Assembly: GCF_002113885.1 (NCBI RefSeq)
Contig: NW_018479851.1
Location: 1 to 64,000 of the forward strand
Direction: 5' to 3'
Length of the DNA stretch: 64,000 nucleotides
Source of the DNA: Mizuhopecten yessoensis
Taxonomy: Eukaryota
The number at the start of each line of letters is the position of its first letter. Position 1 is the first letter of the stretch. A program made the translations under genes and the position numbers. Shown here piece by piece: positions 1 through 14,560 of the stretch. The notes beneath the pieces are model-generated. The model worked only from the letters and a program-made list of their open reading frames with translations, was not told the origin of the DNA and did no database searches.

Positions 1-1265
1 ACATGACGACGGTGTCCATGTCGAACATGATAGAATCACAGGACAAATGACGACAGTGTCAATGTCATACATGATAGAATCACAGACACATGACGACGGT
101 TTCCATGTCATACATGGTAGAGTCACAAAGACATGACGACGGTGTCCATGTCTAAGATGACAGAATCACAAAGACATGACGACGGTGTCCATGCCTAAGA
201 TGACAGAATCACAAAGACATGACGACGGTGTCCATGTCATACATGGTAGAATCACAAACACATGACACGGTGTCCATGTCGAACATGATAGAATCACAGA
301 CACTTGATAGCGGTTTCCATGGTCATTTTTATGATGGGTGTCCATGTCTAACATGACAGAATCACAGAGACATGACGACGGTGTCCATGTCATACATGAT
401 AGAATCCCAAACACATGACGACGGTGTCCATGTCTAACATAATAGAATCACAGACACATTGCGACGGTGTCCATGTCATACATGATAGAGTTACAGACAC
501 ATGACGACGGTGTCCATGTCATACATAGTAGAATCACAAAGACATGACGACGGTGTCCATGCCTAAGATGACAGAATCACAAAGACATGACGACGGTGTC
601 CATGCCTAAGATGACAGAATCACAAAGACATGACGACGGTGTCCATGCCTAAGATGACAGAATCACAAAGACATGACGACGGTGTCCATGTCATACATGG
701 TAGAATCACAAAGACATGACGACGGTATCCATGTCTAACATGACAGAATCACAAAGACATGACGACGGTGTCCATGTCTAAGATGACAGAATCACAAAGA
801 CATGACGACGGTGTCCATGCCTAAGATGACAGAATCACAAAGACATGACGACGGTGTCCATGTCATACATGGTAGAATCACAAACACATGACGACGGTGT
901 CCATGTCTAACACGATAGAATCACAGACACATGACGACGGTTTCCATGTCATACATGGTAGAGTCACAAAGACATGACGACGGTGTCCATGTCTAACATG
1001 GTAGAATCACAGACACATGACAACGGTGTCCATGTCTAACATGATTGAATCACAGACACATGACGACGGTGTCCATGGCATACATAGTAGAATCACAAAG
1101 ACATGACGACGGTGTCCATGTCTAAGATGACAGAATCACAAAGACCTGACGACGGTGTCCATCTCATACATGATAGAATCACAAACACATGACGACGGTG
1201 TCCATGTCTAACATGATAGAATCACAGACACTTGATAGCGGTTTCCATGGTCATTTTTATGATGG
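1..1265. repeat. 43-bp tandem minisatellite (~29 copies, truncated by window start)
   Basis: Unit ~ACATGACGACGGTGTCCATGTCTAACATGATAGAATCACAAAG recurs at 131, 174, 217 (period 43). The array-boundary sequence CACTTGATAGCGGTTTCCATGGTCATTTTTATGATGG occurs at ~301 and ~1229. Confidence 0.95.
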
Positions 1266-3933
1266 TTTGATTCGTATGAGAACAGTTACAATAACATTAG
1301 ATATATGACGAACATACAAATAAAGAATGCTTGATTATTTGATGTTAGAAGAAAGGTAAAGGAAAAGCCTGGTGGCGATCCTTGGTAAATAATGTATGCC
1401 TCTCTGTTCAGTGTAAAAGTACTACTACCCCTGTAAGTATATTATGTATACCTGTTTATTTATCTACCGTGAAATAAGGACATGGTGTGTCTTTCCAGAA
1501 ACGTTTATGATTTCCTGCATTTAAATACGACGTTGAATATGATACAAATGGTACAACAATAACAATTGAGTGACGTCAAGAATACATACGTCATCCTTCG
1601 GTTTACACCATTTTGCAATAAGGTTGAGAAAAAGATTGGTTTTCCCCGCACATTATGAGCGATGATGAATTCATGAAAGTTACTAGCGTGAAAGGTCAGA
1701 GAAGGTCAAAATTAACAAGCGCTTTTGGTATTTCATTTTTGGTGTTTGTATTTTTCAATTCATTTGTCAAGACACTTCGTTATGTTTCACACACTTGTAT
1801 GATATGGAAGGTTCCCTCACAAAGCTCTACTCACAAACGTACTTACTGGAACTGATCGGTTGATATCCAATGATTAAATCGATGAAATGAAACAAGAAAT
1901 ATATATATCTTGGCGCCGCCAATTGATGCCGCAGTTCTCTCATATGAATGACAGAAATAAAGAACCGAAAGAAATCCCTTCCTAGCGCCTTTCAATAATT
2001 AAACATATCTAACAAACAATAAACTGGTGAAATGAATTTAACAACCACAGGGTAGGAAATATCTAAAACAGAGAGAAGTCAAGCTATAAAACTACCAATT
2101 TAAATCAAAATCGGTTCTAACTACTGGTCTGGCAAAACAGAACTCTAGTTCCTCTAGCCAACATAGCACTCCACCACATCTGATCGTCAGTTAAATTATC
2201 GTGAAACAACCACATAAAATACATCCATCCAAATCCATCAAAAAGATCAGATGCTTCTAACACACTGTTTTAAACTGGTGTTAATCTGATAACAGTAATA
2301 CTGTTTATGAGTATTTACCAGATTGAAAAACTCCTTATAGCTAGTACTGATCCAATCTACAAAAATAGGAAAATAAGACGAAAAAACATGACGTCATGTC
2401 TTGAACATGTTATTTTGCAAGTTTACATTGCATAAAACATTTGGAATGTAAAAAACACAAGAAACCCCAGTTTATTCTTTGGGTATTATTACGACAAAAC
2501 CCGCTAGTTATTGTAAGCATCTTTCAACGAGGGAAGCAAAGCAGAAACTGTACAAATTTTAGCCGTCTTAAAAAGACAATTTTTCAAATAGCAAACATCT
2601 GAACATACTATCGTATAACTGTAATAAATAAAAATTCAAATGAATCCTTACTACTTTTCTAGTGAAACCCCATGACATAAAACGCTGTCTCATTCTTTTA
2701 CTTTATCTACCCGTATTGCTTTCATTGCAGGTTAGACGTCGACTTGCTCTTTCGGTAAATCAAGCAGGGAGATCTCCCTAAACAGTGCAACCACATTTGT
2801 ACTAATGTGTAAGGGGCAGTAACTCGTAATGAAAATTAGATGAAATGTTCGTCATAATAAGAAAATAAAAGTGATTGAAACTTAAAGCTGTTAAAAAATT
2901 GTGATTAATAGAATGTGTTTCTACTTAAGGGATAAGAAAACAACTCGACTCAATAGGTAAGACCCGTAAGTGTCATCGCGTCTGAAATTAACAGCTTTCA
3001 TATAAACTTTATATGTCGGTAAATTGTTTGAATGGGTTTGGACATTATTATCAAACAGAAATCATGGTGATCCTCTATGTACCTGTTACAAATGATTTAT
3101 CTGTAGGAGCTAGAAAAGCACAATCTGAGGTACATCTCATAAATAATCACAACTTGAAAGATTACAAATTTCAAAAAAGAATCACAAACTCACTTTAAAA
3201 ATCGGCAAGCTTTAAACAACAGCATAAGATTAAAGATGATCTATTCTTGAATATTAGCATTATTTAATATTTAATACATCAACAGACTCTTAAATACCAA
3301 ACAATCGAGAGCTAATGAATACATACTTGTAACAGAAAGTCGTCTATGGTTTTATTTACACTTAGGTAGTATCTTGTTGTTTGTTTCCCCACTACACGAT
3401 CGAGTGATGATAGTAATCACTATTTGCAAGAAAATCAAAATCAACTGTGTTTCTCTCGACGTTTTATTGATTGAGTTTGTGTTCCATTGAATTGAAAATG
3501 ATTTTATGCAAAGCAAAAGTGCAAATTGTTTGAATCACGACAAATCTCGGGTTCATCTGATCAATGACTCTACATTCGCTTGTAGTTAACTTGGAAAATA
3601 CTGAACCTTTTTTTTCTTGTCAATGTTCACTTTAACTTGCATCGCTTATCGTATCACTTCTGTTTAAAAATTTATATGATACATGAATTGACAAAATTTG
3701 ATAGCAAATTCTAACTGTGGTAAATAAAAACATACACTTGACTATGTTGATTCATATAAAAATCGTTCAAATGATTATGTATACATAATAAGTGCATCAC
3801 AACAGGTACAATAAATTAAGTTTTAATTTTACAACAGCACAAATAGTTAATTACTGTTTATTTATTATTTTGTGATAAATTATTGTGTGCTAATAAATTA
3901 CATGTAACTATTCAGTGAAGCTTTTTGAAATGT

Positions 3934-6900
3934 TCATGTTTGTTGTAAAGGTGAAGTAGTAAATACTTCGTGATCAACCGTATTTGTATCAATGGCTTGT
4001 CTGTGGTGGTCATGATTGTACCATTCCCAGATTTCCTCAATCTTCTGTGGTAGTTCTCTCCCTTTCGTTTCCGGAAGACACCGGATCAGGAAACAGAATG
4101 TCAGGCATAATGAACCGAATAGTAACGATGGCAACCATAGAGCCACTTCCATCTATAACACATGTGAAACAAACGAAATAACAAAAGAACAAATTTCGAA
4201 AATAAATATATAATAAAATTTCTTCCATCTAGTTGCTTATTAGCAAAAGGGCTAGGTTAGTTACAGGTAGCTTTTCATGATATGCGCCTTTCAAATAACT
4301 AAATGCAGGAGCTGATTCCTTAAATGATTGCTGAAAAAAACAACTAATAAAGCAACACTCTTGTTGTGAAATATGGCAATAAACCTACCATATAGACGCA
4401 GAATGGTGCTATGATGCCAGATAGTCTGCCAGCGGCCGATGCTACACCGAGACCTGCGTTCCTGTAAATAGAACAAGTTAACTCATAGACAGTACAGCTT
4501 ATTATCAATAAAATATAATTCTGTAACTTTCGCAATAGATTCATATATGTATGTATCCTGTTCTACTGAGACCCGGGTACATCGGCATGTATAATATTAG
4601 CTTATCATTCATGTTTCGTAGAATGTATGTTTTATCAGTTGAAATAGCGTGTTTCTAATCCTTTGTACTAGTCATGGTCAATGTTGACAATTGAAAATAC
4701 TATATACCTTACCTGAGGTTTGTGGGGAAAAGTTCCGGAGTGTACAGGTAGATAGCACTAAATGAGTTTGATATCGCTCCCCGACCGACGGCAAACAGCA
4801 CCACCTCAACAATCCGGACAACATCACCTGTCAATCGTTTTGTAGATAATTAATATCATATGTATATTACATACTTATCTCTAACAAGTACTTATATAAA
4901 AACTCTGTATAATGTAAACTTCAAGACTCACCTCGTTATTGTCTGTAATGTCATATAGAATCGAAACAATTTCAATAACCATTTTTAAATCATACTCGAT
5001 ATTTTAAGAGAACACATTGAAAACTACACAGTACCATATTTTCCTGACCATCTTCAAGTAAACAAAAAGTCCATCTTGAAGTTGTGAGGTCACATAAATT
5101 GTTCAGACTGTGACCTCTTTATTATTACATATGGCAAGAAAATGACACGGGTATAATGATAGCATATGCGGAAAATATGAGTTATAATATAGACATACGT
5201 AAACAGCACCGGTCAAGTAATTTTGTTACATTTTTAATTTTTAAACGAATATATAAGACATTCAACAATAGGTTATTCGTTTATCCTCTTACTTATTCAA
5301 TTATTCAATTCACACGTTGACCTTTTGGTTGTGATCTACGGTTAGTTAAAGGTCAAAATCCAACATCTTCGATAGTATTCACAATGTAACAGGACTGGAT
5401 GTTTAGGAATATTCATCAGGAATGATCGTTTTTGGAATGACGTATAAACCAGTTAGTATTAAATTACTTCACTTACTGTCAAAGTGGATTGTTATGATAG
5501 TGAGAAGTAGTGCCACACTGCCTACAAATTGGAATATAATTATGGTCGTTTTCCGGGTGAATCTGTAATGATATATACAGTTTGTTACATGTATCAATAC
5601 ATGTTCTTTGTCTTAAGATTGAAATAATAATAGATATCCCGCTAAGAAAACACACAACAACATATTCTACTCTTACAACACTATCAAGGTATACCAACAG
5701 AAAATATGATGGAAGTTCAGGTCCCGGTACATGTTCACTTATAATGTGTGTTGAGCAATGATTTTCTTTTTCATGAACTATGACATGTGATTAAATCACG
5801 CTTCAGGTACAATAAACAGAAGCTTAATCATAGGTCAGTTTCTTTGAATATAAATTGCTTATTTTGCAAATATCTAACGTCTGAGTTAGACTGTGAATTC
5901 AAAACGAAAAGGTTTAACTATCAAAGTCAAATTTTGTTAGCAAATAGTTTAGAGTATCCGCGCCAATAGGTTTGCCTCATTCGCATATTGCAAGGGGAAC
6001 GAACTATTGTCCTGTTCACTCAAATTCAAATGATATATGTCTCAATATATCAACACAGTTCAAAGGGTACAAATGCAAATTACCGTTTAATAAAAAACAA
6101 CAAGATGAAATTGCCAACAAGTTCCGAAATACTTCCGAGGAAGAAACCGAGGTAGCGACCAACAGCGAAACTGGGAGTCATCATCACAATCCCGTAGTAC
6201 GTGAGGTTGTTGGCTACCCTATACAACAAAGTATATCACTTCTTATTAGATAAGGTTGTAAGCTATCGTAGATAGCACATTATATTGTATTGCCTTATAC
6301 AAATTGAGGTAGTAAGTTACACTTTAAAACAAATATTAATATCATGTATTAGGTATCATATGCAGCACAGCTAATATATGGCGTGAGTGTGGCGTTATGA
6401 ACAGGCTTAAGTTATTGCAATATGTATATTTCCTCTATTTTGGAGTCTGGTCTAATCAGCCACTCTATCATCAGTCCTTATTTCATTTCTGTTTGTCTGC
6501 AATACCAGAAATATTCTCCATAATGTCTTTAATTGCCGGTATAAATACAGAAATATATTTTAATATTGGGGATTGACAATTTTATAGGGGATTCTGCAAG
6601 AATAGTTACTTTAAATATTTATTTATTTGTCGTTCGAAAAGCGAATGATGTGAAACAGACTATTTCATGGCGTTAAATCAAATCACATTTGTATTTAAAT
6701 ATATTCGCCGGGAAAATGGTTAAAGTAATAATAATTTACACGTACATTGGAAATCAAACTAAAAGTCTACAACATGTTTTTGTTTGGTACAGATCTTAAC
6801 TATGAAGTACGCACCACAAACCCCATGTAATCAGTGAATGCTTCCTCAGTATTTTGTCTGTCACCAGTTGTGACCAGTGTTCCTCTACCATGACAGTGGT

Positions 6901-9900
6901 TTGATCCGTTAACGGGTTACTTCGTAAAGGGAAGATTACTTTTCCAACCGCATCAATAGACAGAGGTCTCATGTCAGTTTCTTTCTGATCAGCTTCCGAT
7001 AAGATCTGTGTGTTCCTTTTATTTTGTTTCCTAATTTTCTCGATGAGTGCGTGAGACTGTGCCATCTTGTTGTTTGCAGTTAGCCATCTCAGCGATTCAT
7101 CCATCAGGCTTCAAAGAGTGCATAAAACAGTTTTTCTTATCAATGCATGTATATATAATAAATACATTAATATTTCAAATGGTTGCAACTAATTGTACAT
7201 ACAATTTATATGATAGTCTCTGCGATTATTTAAATGTGTGAGAAGAAACACATCATGCTGTTTGAGGGATTGACATACAAATGTTAACAAACGAACGAAG
7301 ACTCTTTCTTACCAAGGGTGGAGGATAGGGAAATTCCAACCAAGGGTTTTCAAATCGGGTTTTGCACCAATTTGAAGATCCCGCGGGAATAATTTCCTTA
7401 CCCTACACTCTTGGCATGAAAGAGTATTTTTCTCTCATTTCAATCGTCAGAATTAGCTCACAAACCCCCAAAAGTCTTCATCATCAGAATGATGTTTTAG
7501 TTTTATGACGTCTCGTCGTTGTCGGCGAAAACCCATGGCAGTTTGTTACAATCAGACAAAAAAAGCTGTATAGAGGTGATATAATAGTGGCAGTTATAAC
7601 ATAAACTACCCATAGCAAGTATCAAGTGGGAACGTTGATAGACTTATTGGTAATGCATTTAATTCATTTAGTACTTACAAAATTTCTACCAGGCTGAAAA
7701 CTGAGAAAACAGACAATGCTAGTTGAAGGATTCTCCAGTCGTAGTTTCGAAGCAAAAAAGCAACGAGAGTAAGAACGTTGACGGAGCTCGACCACATGAA
7801 GCCGTTTACAATTCCCACGTCCTCACGAGAATCAATGTGAAATAATTCCAGCCAGAATGTCACTACTGTAATCAGCATTCCCTGTATACCACAACATAAC
7901 CATTGTATACACAAATATACATTGTATACACAAATATACATTGTATACCATAACATAAACTATGTATTCCACAACATACCCGTATACCACAACATACACT
8001 GTATACTAAAACGTATACAATGCATCATTCCATTACATATACATTGTATACCATAACATATACATGGTATACCATAACATATCTATTGTATACCATAACA
8101 TATACATTTTATACCACAACATAAACAATGTATACCATAACATATACATTGTATACCATAACATATACATTGTATACCACAACATATACATTGTATACCA
8201 TAACATATACATTGTATACCATAATATATACAATGTATACCATAACATATACATTGTATACCATAACATAAACATTGTATACTATTACATATACATTGTA
8301 TACAATAACATATACATAGTATACCATAACATATGCATTGTATACCATAACATATGCATTGTATACCATAACATCTACATTGTATACCATAATATATACA
8401 ATGTATTCCATAACATATACATTGTATTCCATAACATATACATTGTAAACCATAACATATACATTTTATACCACAACATAAACAATGTATAACACAACAA
8501 ACCCGTATACCACGACATACACTGTATACTAAAACGTATACAATGCATCATTCCATTACATATACATTGTATACAATAACATATACATATTATACCATAA
8601 CATATACATTATATACAATAACATATACATTGTAGACCATAACACAAATATTGTGTACCATAACGTATACATTGTATACCATGACATATACATTGTATAC
8701 CGTAACATATACATTGTATTCCATAACATATACATTGTGTACCATAACATAAACAATGTATACCATAACATATACATTGTATTCCATTACATATACATAG
8801 TATATCATAACATATATATTGTATACCATAACATATACATTGTATACAATAACATATACATAGTATACCATAACATATACATTGTATACCACAACATAAA
8901 TAATGTATATCACAACATGTCATACTCAAAATATATACCAGGAATATACTGTGTATACCATAACAGACATTGTTACAAGTATGCCACATTAAACTGTATT
9001 ATATATACTGTATACCACAACAAACACGTTATACCACAACATACATTGTATGCCACAACATACATTGTAAACCAAAACATATCTTGAATACCGAAACTAA
9101 ACGTGACAACATTCCCTTCACAAAATAGTGTATATCACAACTTAAACTGCATCAACAACACACACTATACACCACAACATATCACCCATATTACAATAGA
9201 CATTATAAACCACAATATATGCAATACACCAACTCATCAATTGTATACCACAACATACTCTGTGTAACATATACACACTTTATGTACACAATACAGTGTA
9301 TACCACTTTATTCAATGTGTAAGAAAATTTATACCAAATTTGCCTTATTGAAAAACCCACCCTGACATGCCACCCTTTTTTAATATTGTTTGTTTTGTGA
9401 TTTATATATATGTGTGTTGGTGTGGCGTAATTCTGTCGAATCCCCACCTAAGGATGTAAATTGACAGTAAACATCATTTTCATAGTTTGTGTCATGATGT
9501 CATTATAATAAATTGTCATCTTATGATGGCCTTATTCAATTCTATACATGTGTTGAGTTTTATGTGGAGTCGGCATAAATACCACTTTATTCAATGTGTA
9601 AGACAGCATACAGTACATAACACGACATACACTGCATACAACAACATACCATCTTTATCCCACTGTTTACAATGCCTAGCGTTTAAAAGGTTATGTTTAT
9701 ATTCATATTGTATAAGATATGATACATCAATAGTTGCAGCATCTGAAACTAAAAACGTTTGTTCATGGTATTTTCAAGATTCTGTTCTCAAGCCCGATTT
9801 CTTTTTCCAACGAAAAAGTAATAAAAATTTCACATCAATGATTTGGAAAAAATAGGAAGCTCTTAATGAAGTTTTCGGTGTTTACGCTTGATTGCCACAT

Positions 9901-11606
9901 GATTTAATGAAGATAAAAGAAAGTTGGTTTAATCACAGCATCTTTGCTCGACTTGAGAACATTTTCATTTACAAGATCTACATTTTGAAATCAATTTGAT
10001 GACTTAAAAAGCCCCTTTCGCGTAAACGAACAACTCTGGTCCAACCGGTTCAACCGTTTGGATCACGATAAACGATTGTAGCCTTAATACTTGGTTAGCG
10101 CAATGATATTTTCGACAATGGGATGCCAGTAGCATTTTAATAATTCTCCAGTTTTCGAAACAGTATCCAGTGCAACAAATAACACCAATATTCATACTTG
10201 CTGAAAGGTTCCAACAAAGAAGCGCAGTACAAGAAATGCGGTAATATTCTTTACAAACGCCATTGTGAAGGTGACTGCCAGTAAGCCGATGTTGAAGGCC
10301 ACGTGAACTGGCTTTCTCCCGAATTTATCGGCCAGTGGTGCGGCCAGGGCCCCAAGAAACATCCCACCATTAACGAGAGACTGGGACAATCGACCAATCG
10401 TGTCCCTTTCACATACAAGGTCCCACTGGTAAATCAAACGATTTTTACTTTCATTAAATGTGAAAATTAGAATGGGTATGCAAGAAGATGACCACAAAGA
10501 TGGCTGTTGGGTCATAACACGTTTCTGTTGTAAACAATATAAGTAATGCGAAAGAACTGGTAGTTGGCGATGAGAAAGAACGAATATTTCAATGACATGT
10601 TTAATTTTGTGGAATTACCACAACAATATCTTTATTTTCCTACACCAAACGAGAAATTGCATTAAAAACATTGCTGATAAAACCTTAAGTTGCGAATTGT
10701 ATATATTTCTCTGTAATAAGTACTAAGGCTGTTACCTCTGATACAAACGTGGACGTTTTTGGGAATGTGTAATTGACTCCATACAAACAGCCTGTTTCTT
10801 CTGTCACTAAATTCCCGTTAACATTCCGCTGCAAGAGGATACTACATGTGTCGGCAGTCACATTGATGACGTCATTAATGCTGTGATTGTCTTCACCAAG
10901 TGTTACGTCTGGCAGTTCTACAGAACACTTGTGTTCAGGTGTAAAACCTAAAAATACATTAAAACTGTCAAATTACATTATTTTCATAAATATCTTTGAT
11001 CAAAATACATAGTATTTTTTTATTGAGACAGGTATAGTTGAAACTCGTTATCTAGAGCCGTTTTTCCTAGTCTTATTTGTTTGGCATCTTGAATGGCTTA
11101 TTAACGTGTACTTCAAAAATGTATAAATAAATAAATGAATAAATACGTGTGCATTAGCGAATAAATAAAACAAAAACCTTTACAAAAATCACAACATGCC
11201 TGTTTATAAACATAAATACGATATATTTATATACCGGTTTGAATTTCACAAAATACGTTTTCGTTTCATGGCTTTTTAATTCATTCTCTTAACAAGAAGT
11301 CAGATGTATATCATGTTGAAGTTTACGTACCATTTCCTCTGAACTATTTTTGAGTATTGTTAATTCGTTGTTAAAAAGCCTTAATATATATTTATAGTCA
11401 ATATTGAGGTGTGTTTACTTCACATGTGCGTGAAATTGATCAACAGTTTTAGTCTTTCTATACTACTTACCGATAAAAACAACGGATACAATGTGAAACG
11501 CCATTGGAAGGGTTGCCAATATAGTCAGTGTCATTTGCTGGAATTGGTACACGCCAAACCTTCCTAAACCATTCCACACGTCATCAATGTCGACAGGACG
11601 TAACAT
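3934..11606 (-). CDS. SLC22-family (organic cation/anion transporter-like, MFS) protein, 10 coding exons, ~566 aa
   Basis: Exons (minus): 11606-11471, 10947-10736, 10425-10198, 7881-7679, 7108-6815, 6218-6084, 5562-5477, 4827-4713, 4461-4389, 4152-3934. All GT-AG, phases consistent, 1701 nt. Motifs: LGRFGVYQ, EWDLVC, ADKFGRK, DESLRWL, YYG, ELFPTNLRNAGLG, LPETKG. An upstream exon ending in ATG (11769-11767) could add M-V-I in frame. Confidence 0.92.
7301..7425. mobile_element. Short palindromic MITE-like element in SLC22 intron
   Basis: ACTCTTTCTTACCAAGGGTG...CACTCTTGGCATGAAAGAGT imperfect inverted arms. Confidence 0.55.
7884..9310. repeat. 21-bp minisatellite (CATAACATATACATTGTATAC)n in SLC22 intron 3, degenerate toward the right
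   Basis: Direct inspection. Explains the repetitive VYHNIYI / MLWYTMY ORFs. The block CGTATACCAC..ACGTATACAATGCATCATTCC is repeated at ~7981 and ~8503. Confidence 0.95.
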
Positions 11607-12498
11607 GATTACCTTGAAAATGACTTTGAGTGGTTAAATTGTAGGTATAATATCGTATCTTTTACAACCCTTGCATTTCGTCATTGTAAGTATGAGTGCC
11701 TACATAATTACAAAACATTGAAAATATACTGAAAGGCTACACTTGTAAATTTGTATCAAGACTCACCATGAAGCAACGTCAGATCTCAAGGCCAGTCCCT
11801 ATAAAGAACAACTCTGGTAAGACTGTTTAGACCGCGATAAACGAATGCGGCTCAAGCATCCTGGTTGTCAACATTTCATGTGTATGATTTAGTGAGCGAT
11901 AATGTACCTGCATATTCCTATGCATGTACCTGCATATTCCTATGCATGTATCTGTCATAATTTGCATATCTATGTCAGTCGACCTTGATGTTACATTGAT
12001 ACTGCATTCTGACAAAGTCGAGTATAGTATTCGATATCATCGTTTCTCGAGACAGTATTGACCAATCAACTAAAATTGCATTTACATGGAATGACTAATT
12101 CTGTTATCCATAAAAAGTCTTAAGATTTTTTGACAAATAACATTGCTGAAATATAAACATAAAAAGTAAGCAATATTACCATTAAAAGTTAGACTTTGAA
12201 CTCACCGATGGGGTGATATTTCTACAGCAGTTAAGAACTTTTACTCTAAACTTGGTCATCGTACCTTGTATATCTGTACTTTAATCGTGAATTATAGGTA
12301 ATTTGTCTTAGAAATACGAAAATTAAACACTGAGTACATTGTAAGACAATGCATAAAGTCAAAGAAAGCAAAAATTTGCTGCACCAAATGGCCAGCACAG
12401 GTACTAGAGTAAAAACAGTACAACCAATCTGCAACATCCACTTTCTATTTTATTTCATCTTTTATGTTTCATTCATTTTGCAAACGACATATTCAATA

Positions 12499-12508
12499 AA
12501 CACACACA

Positions 12509-12540
<32 letters not shown>

Positions 12541-12571
12541 TGCCCCCCCCCCCCACACACACATAACACAC
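12499..12571. repeat. (CA)n microsatellite with poly-C insert
   Basis: Direct inspection. Confidence 0.9.
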
Positions 12572-12629
12572 AAGCTAAGTCAAAACAAAACAGAACAAAT
12601 TCCACCAACACCACTTACACTACATACAA

Positions 12630-14560
12630 TCTATATTAAGACCTCTGTTACTAATCTTCAATAAATCTATTTCCTCCGGTATTCTCCCTTCTGCATGGAA
12701 AAATGCTCATGTTACACCCGTGTACAAGTGCAAGGGTGCAAGAAGTAACCCATCTAATTATAGACCAATCTCTGTTACTCCTATTTTTAGTAAACTTCTT
12801 GAAAAAAATGTTTTTAGATATATGTTTAATTATCTCTCAAGATATAATATTGCTTCTAAGAATCAATCAGGGTTTCTACCTAAAGATTCAACTGTCTACC
12901 AATTATTAGTTATATATGATGCAATTGTAAAGCACTTGGATAAAGGTAAAGAAGCTAGAATGATATTTTGTGACGTCAGCAAAGCTTTCGACAGGGTCTG
13001 GCATGATGGTTTAATTTTCAAATTAAAAAAATATGGGTTTTGCGGTAATATTTTGAAACGGTTTTCTTCGTATTTAATTGATAGGAGACAGAGGGTGGTC
13101 TTTGATGGATTTAAATCTAACTGGAAAACGTTAAAGGCGGGGGTACCACAGGGGTCAGTTTTAGGGCGATTTTTTATTTTTACTGTACATAAATGATATC
13201 GGAGAAAATTTAATCTCTAATGTCAAGCTTTTCGCTGACGACACATCTTTATATGCATTGATAGAGGGAAACAGACAGGAAGCTGCTGACATACTAAATG
13301 AAGACTTACGTAAAATCTCTATCTGGGCTGATAAATGGGGTATCATCTTCAATCCGGATAAAACGGAGGCTCTACTTTTCTCAAGGCGGGTCGACTCTGA
13401 GACCTTGCATCCTAATCTATTTTTTAATAATGCAGTTATTAATAACGTTATTGATCATAAACACCTTGGTCTTATTTTCAATGGCAAAGCCAACTGGTCA
13501 ACTCATATAAATTATATTTATGAAAAAGCATATAAAAGACTGAATATACTTAGAATGTTAAAATTTAAGATTGATAGAAAATCCCTTGAAACAATATATA
13601 TATCATATGTTCGTCCAATCCTCGAATATGCTGATATTGTATGGGCTAACTGTTCCCAGAGAGAGTGCAACGTCTTAGAGTCAATCCAACTTGAAGCAGC
13701 ACGCATTATTTCTGGTTTAAGACGAGGAACGAGCTATAACATTTTATATAGAGAGACTGGCTTTGTTAAACTTAGTAAAAGAAGACATTTACATCAAAAT
13801 ATTGCATTTTTTAAATTCTTTAATAACANCATTTATATAACTCTAGCTATTTTCCGAAACTGATGTCAGAATGGAACAATCCAGCCAGTCTGTTTCCCAC
13901 TATGACATCTCTTGGAGCTCTGAAAAAGGAATGTTTACGTTCATCCCATATGGATGATGTTCACCCAATATGTAGTAACATTTGTAAATATCACGGTGAT
14001 AGAAAAATTAACATAACATTATGTCAGTTAAGAAATTCTGCAAGTAATTTAAATTCAGATTTATTTAATGCACATCAAAATGATAGCCCTGCTTGTATAT
14101 GTGGCTCGTGATCATTTTTTCCTGCACTGTCCTTTTTATACTAACCAACGACTAATATGACTTAACTCTCTGTCAGCGATGAGTGATGCTATTCCACTCA
14201 ATACCCAAACTTTTATTTATGGTTTCCAATCAAGAGACGTAAATATGAATATAAATATTGTGGAGACGGTTCAGAATTACATTAGAGACACTAGACGTTT
14301 TTATTCGATTCTCAAATAACTTTGTAAAATAATCTCTTTTATAACAATTGTGATATTTGAAATATGTATTGTCAAATCAAATTCAAAGTACAAATAATCT
14401 CTTATTTTAATACTTAAAGAAACACATGTAAAAGTAACATTTATATGATATGTATATACTGTTATGTTTTGTAAGGAGAGGGCTTATATAGGATATGCCT
14501 ATTGCCCAATTCCTTTTGTACGGAAGATCAGTACAATAAAATATTCTGAAATGAAAAAAA
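12630..14560 (+). mobile_element. 5'-truncated CR1-group LINE (reverse transcriptase remnant) with 14-bp target-site duplication
   Basis: RT motifs NYRPIS, NQSGF, DVSKAFDRVWH, GVPQGSVLG, and (frameshifted) YINDI, KLFADDT, then RPILEYA. AATAAA at 14535 plus an A-rich tail. TACACTACATACAA occurs at 12616-12629 and 14561-14574. Frameshift near 13170; N at 13829. Confidence 0.92.

Noticed and set aside
1-1265. CRISPR-like appearance of the regular 43-bp repeats (also the 42-bp and 29-bp arrays)
   Set aside because: No unique spacers, no cas genes, eukaryotic context; these are plain tandem repeats.
4932-4942. 11-nt candidate micro-exon in SLC22 (CATTACAG|ACAATAACGAG|GTGAGT on minus)
   Set aside because: Inclusion would shift the frame, and the flanking exons already join in phase. 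It could only be a poison exon, for which there is no evidence here.
8033-9087. Overlapping ORFs of 70-144 aa (VYHNIYI / MLWYTMY)
   Set aside because: Translations of the 21-bp intronic minisatellite.
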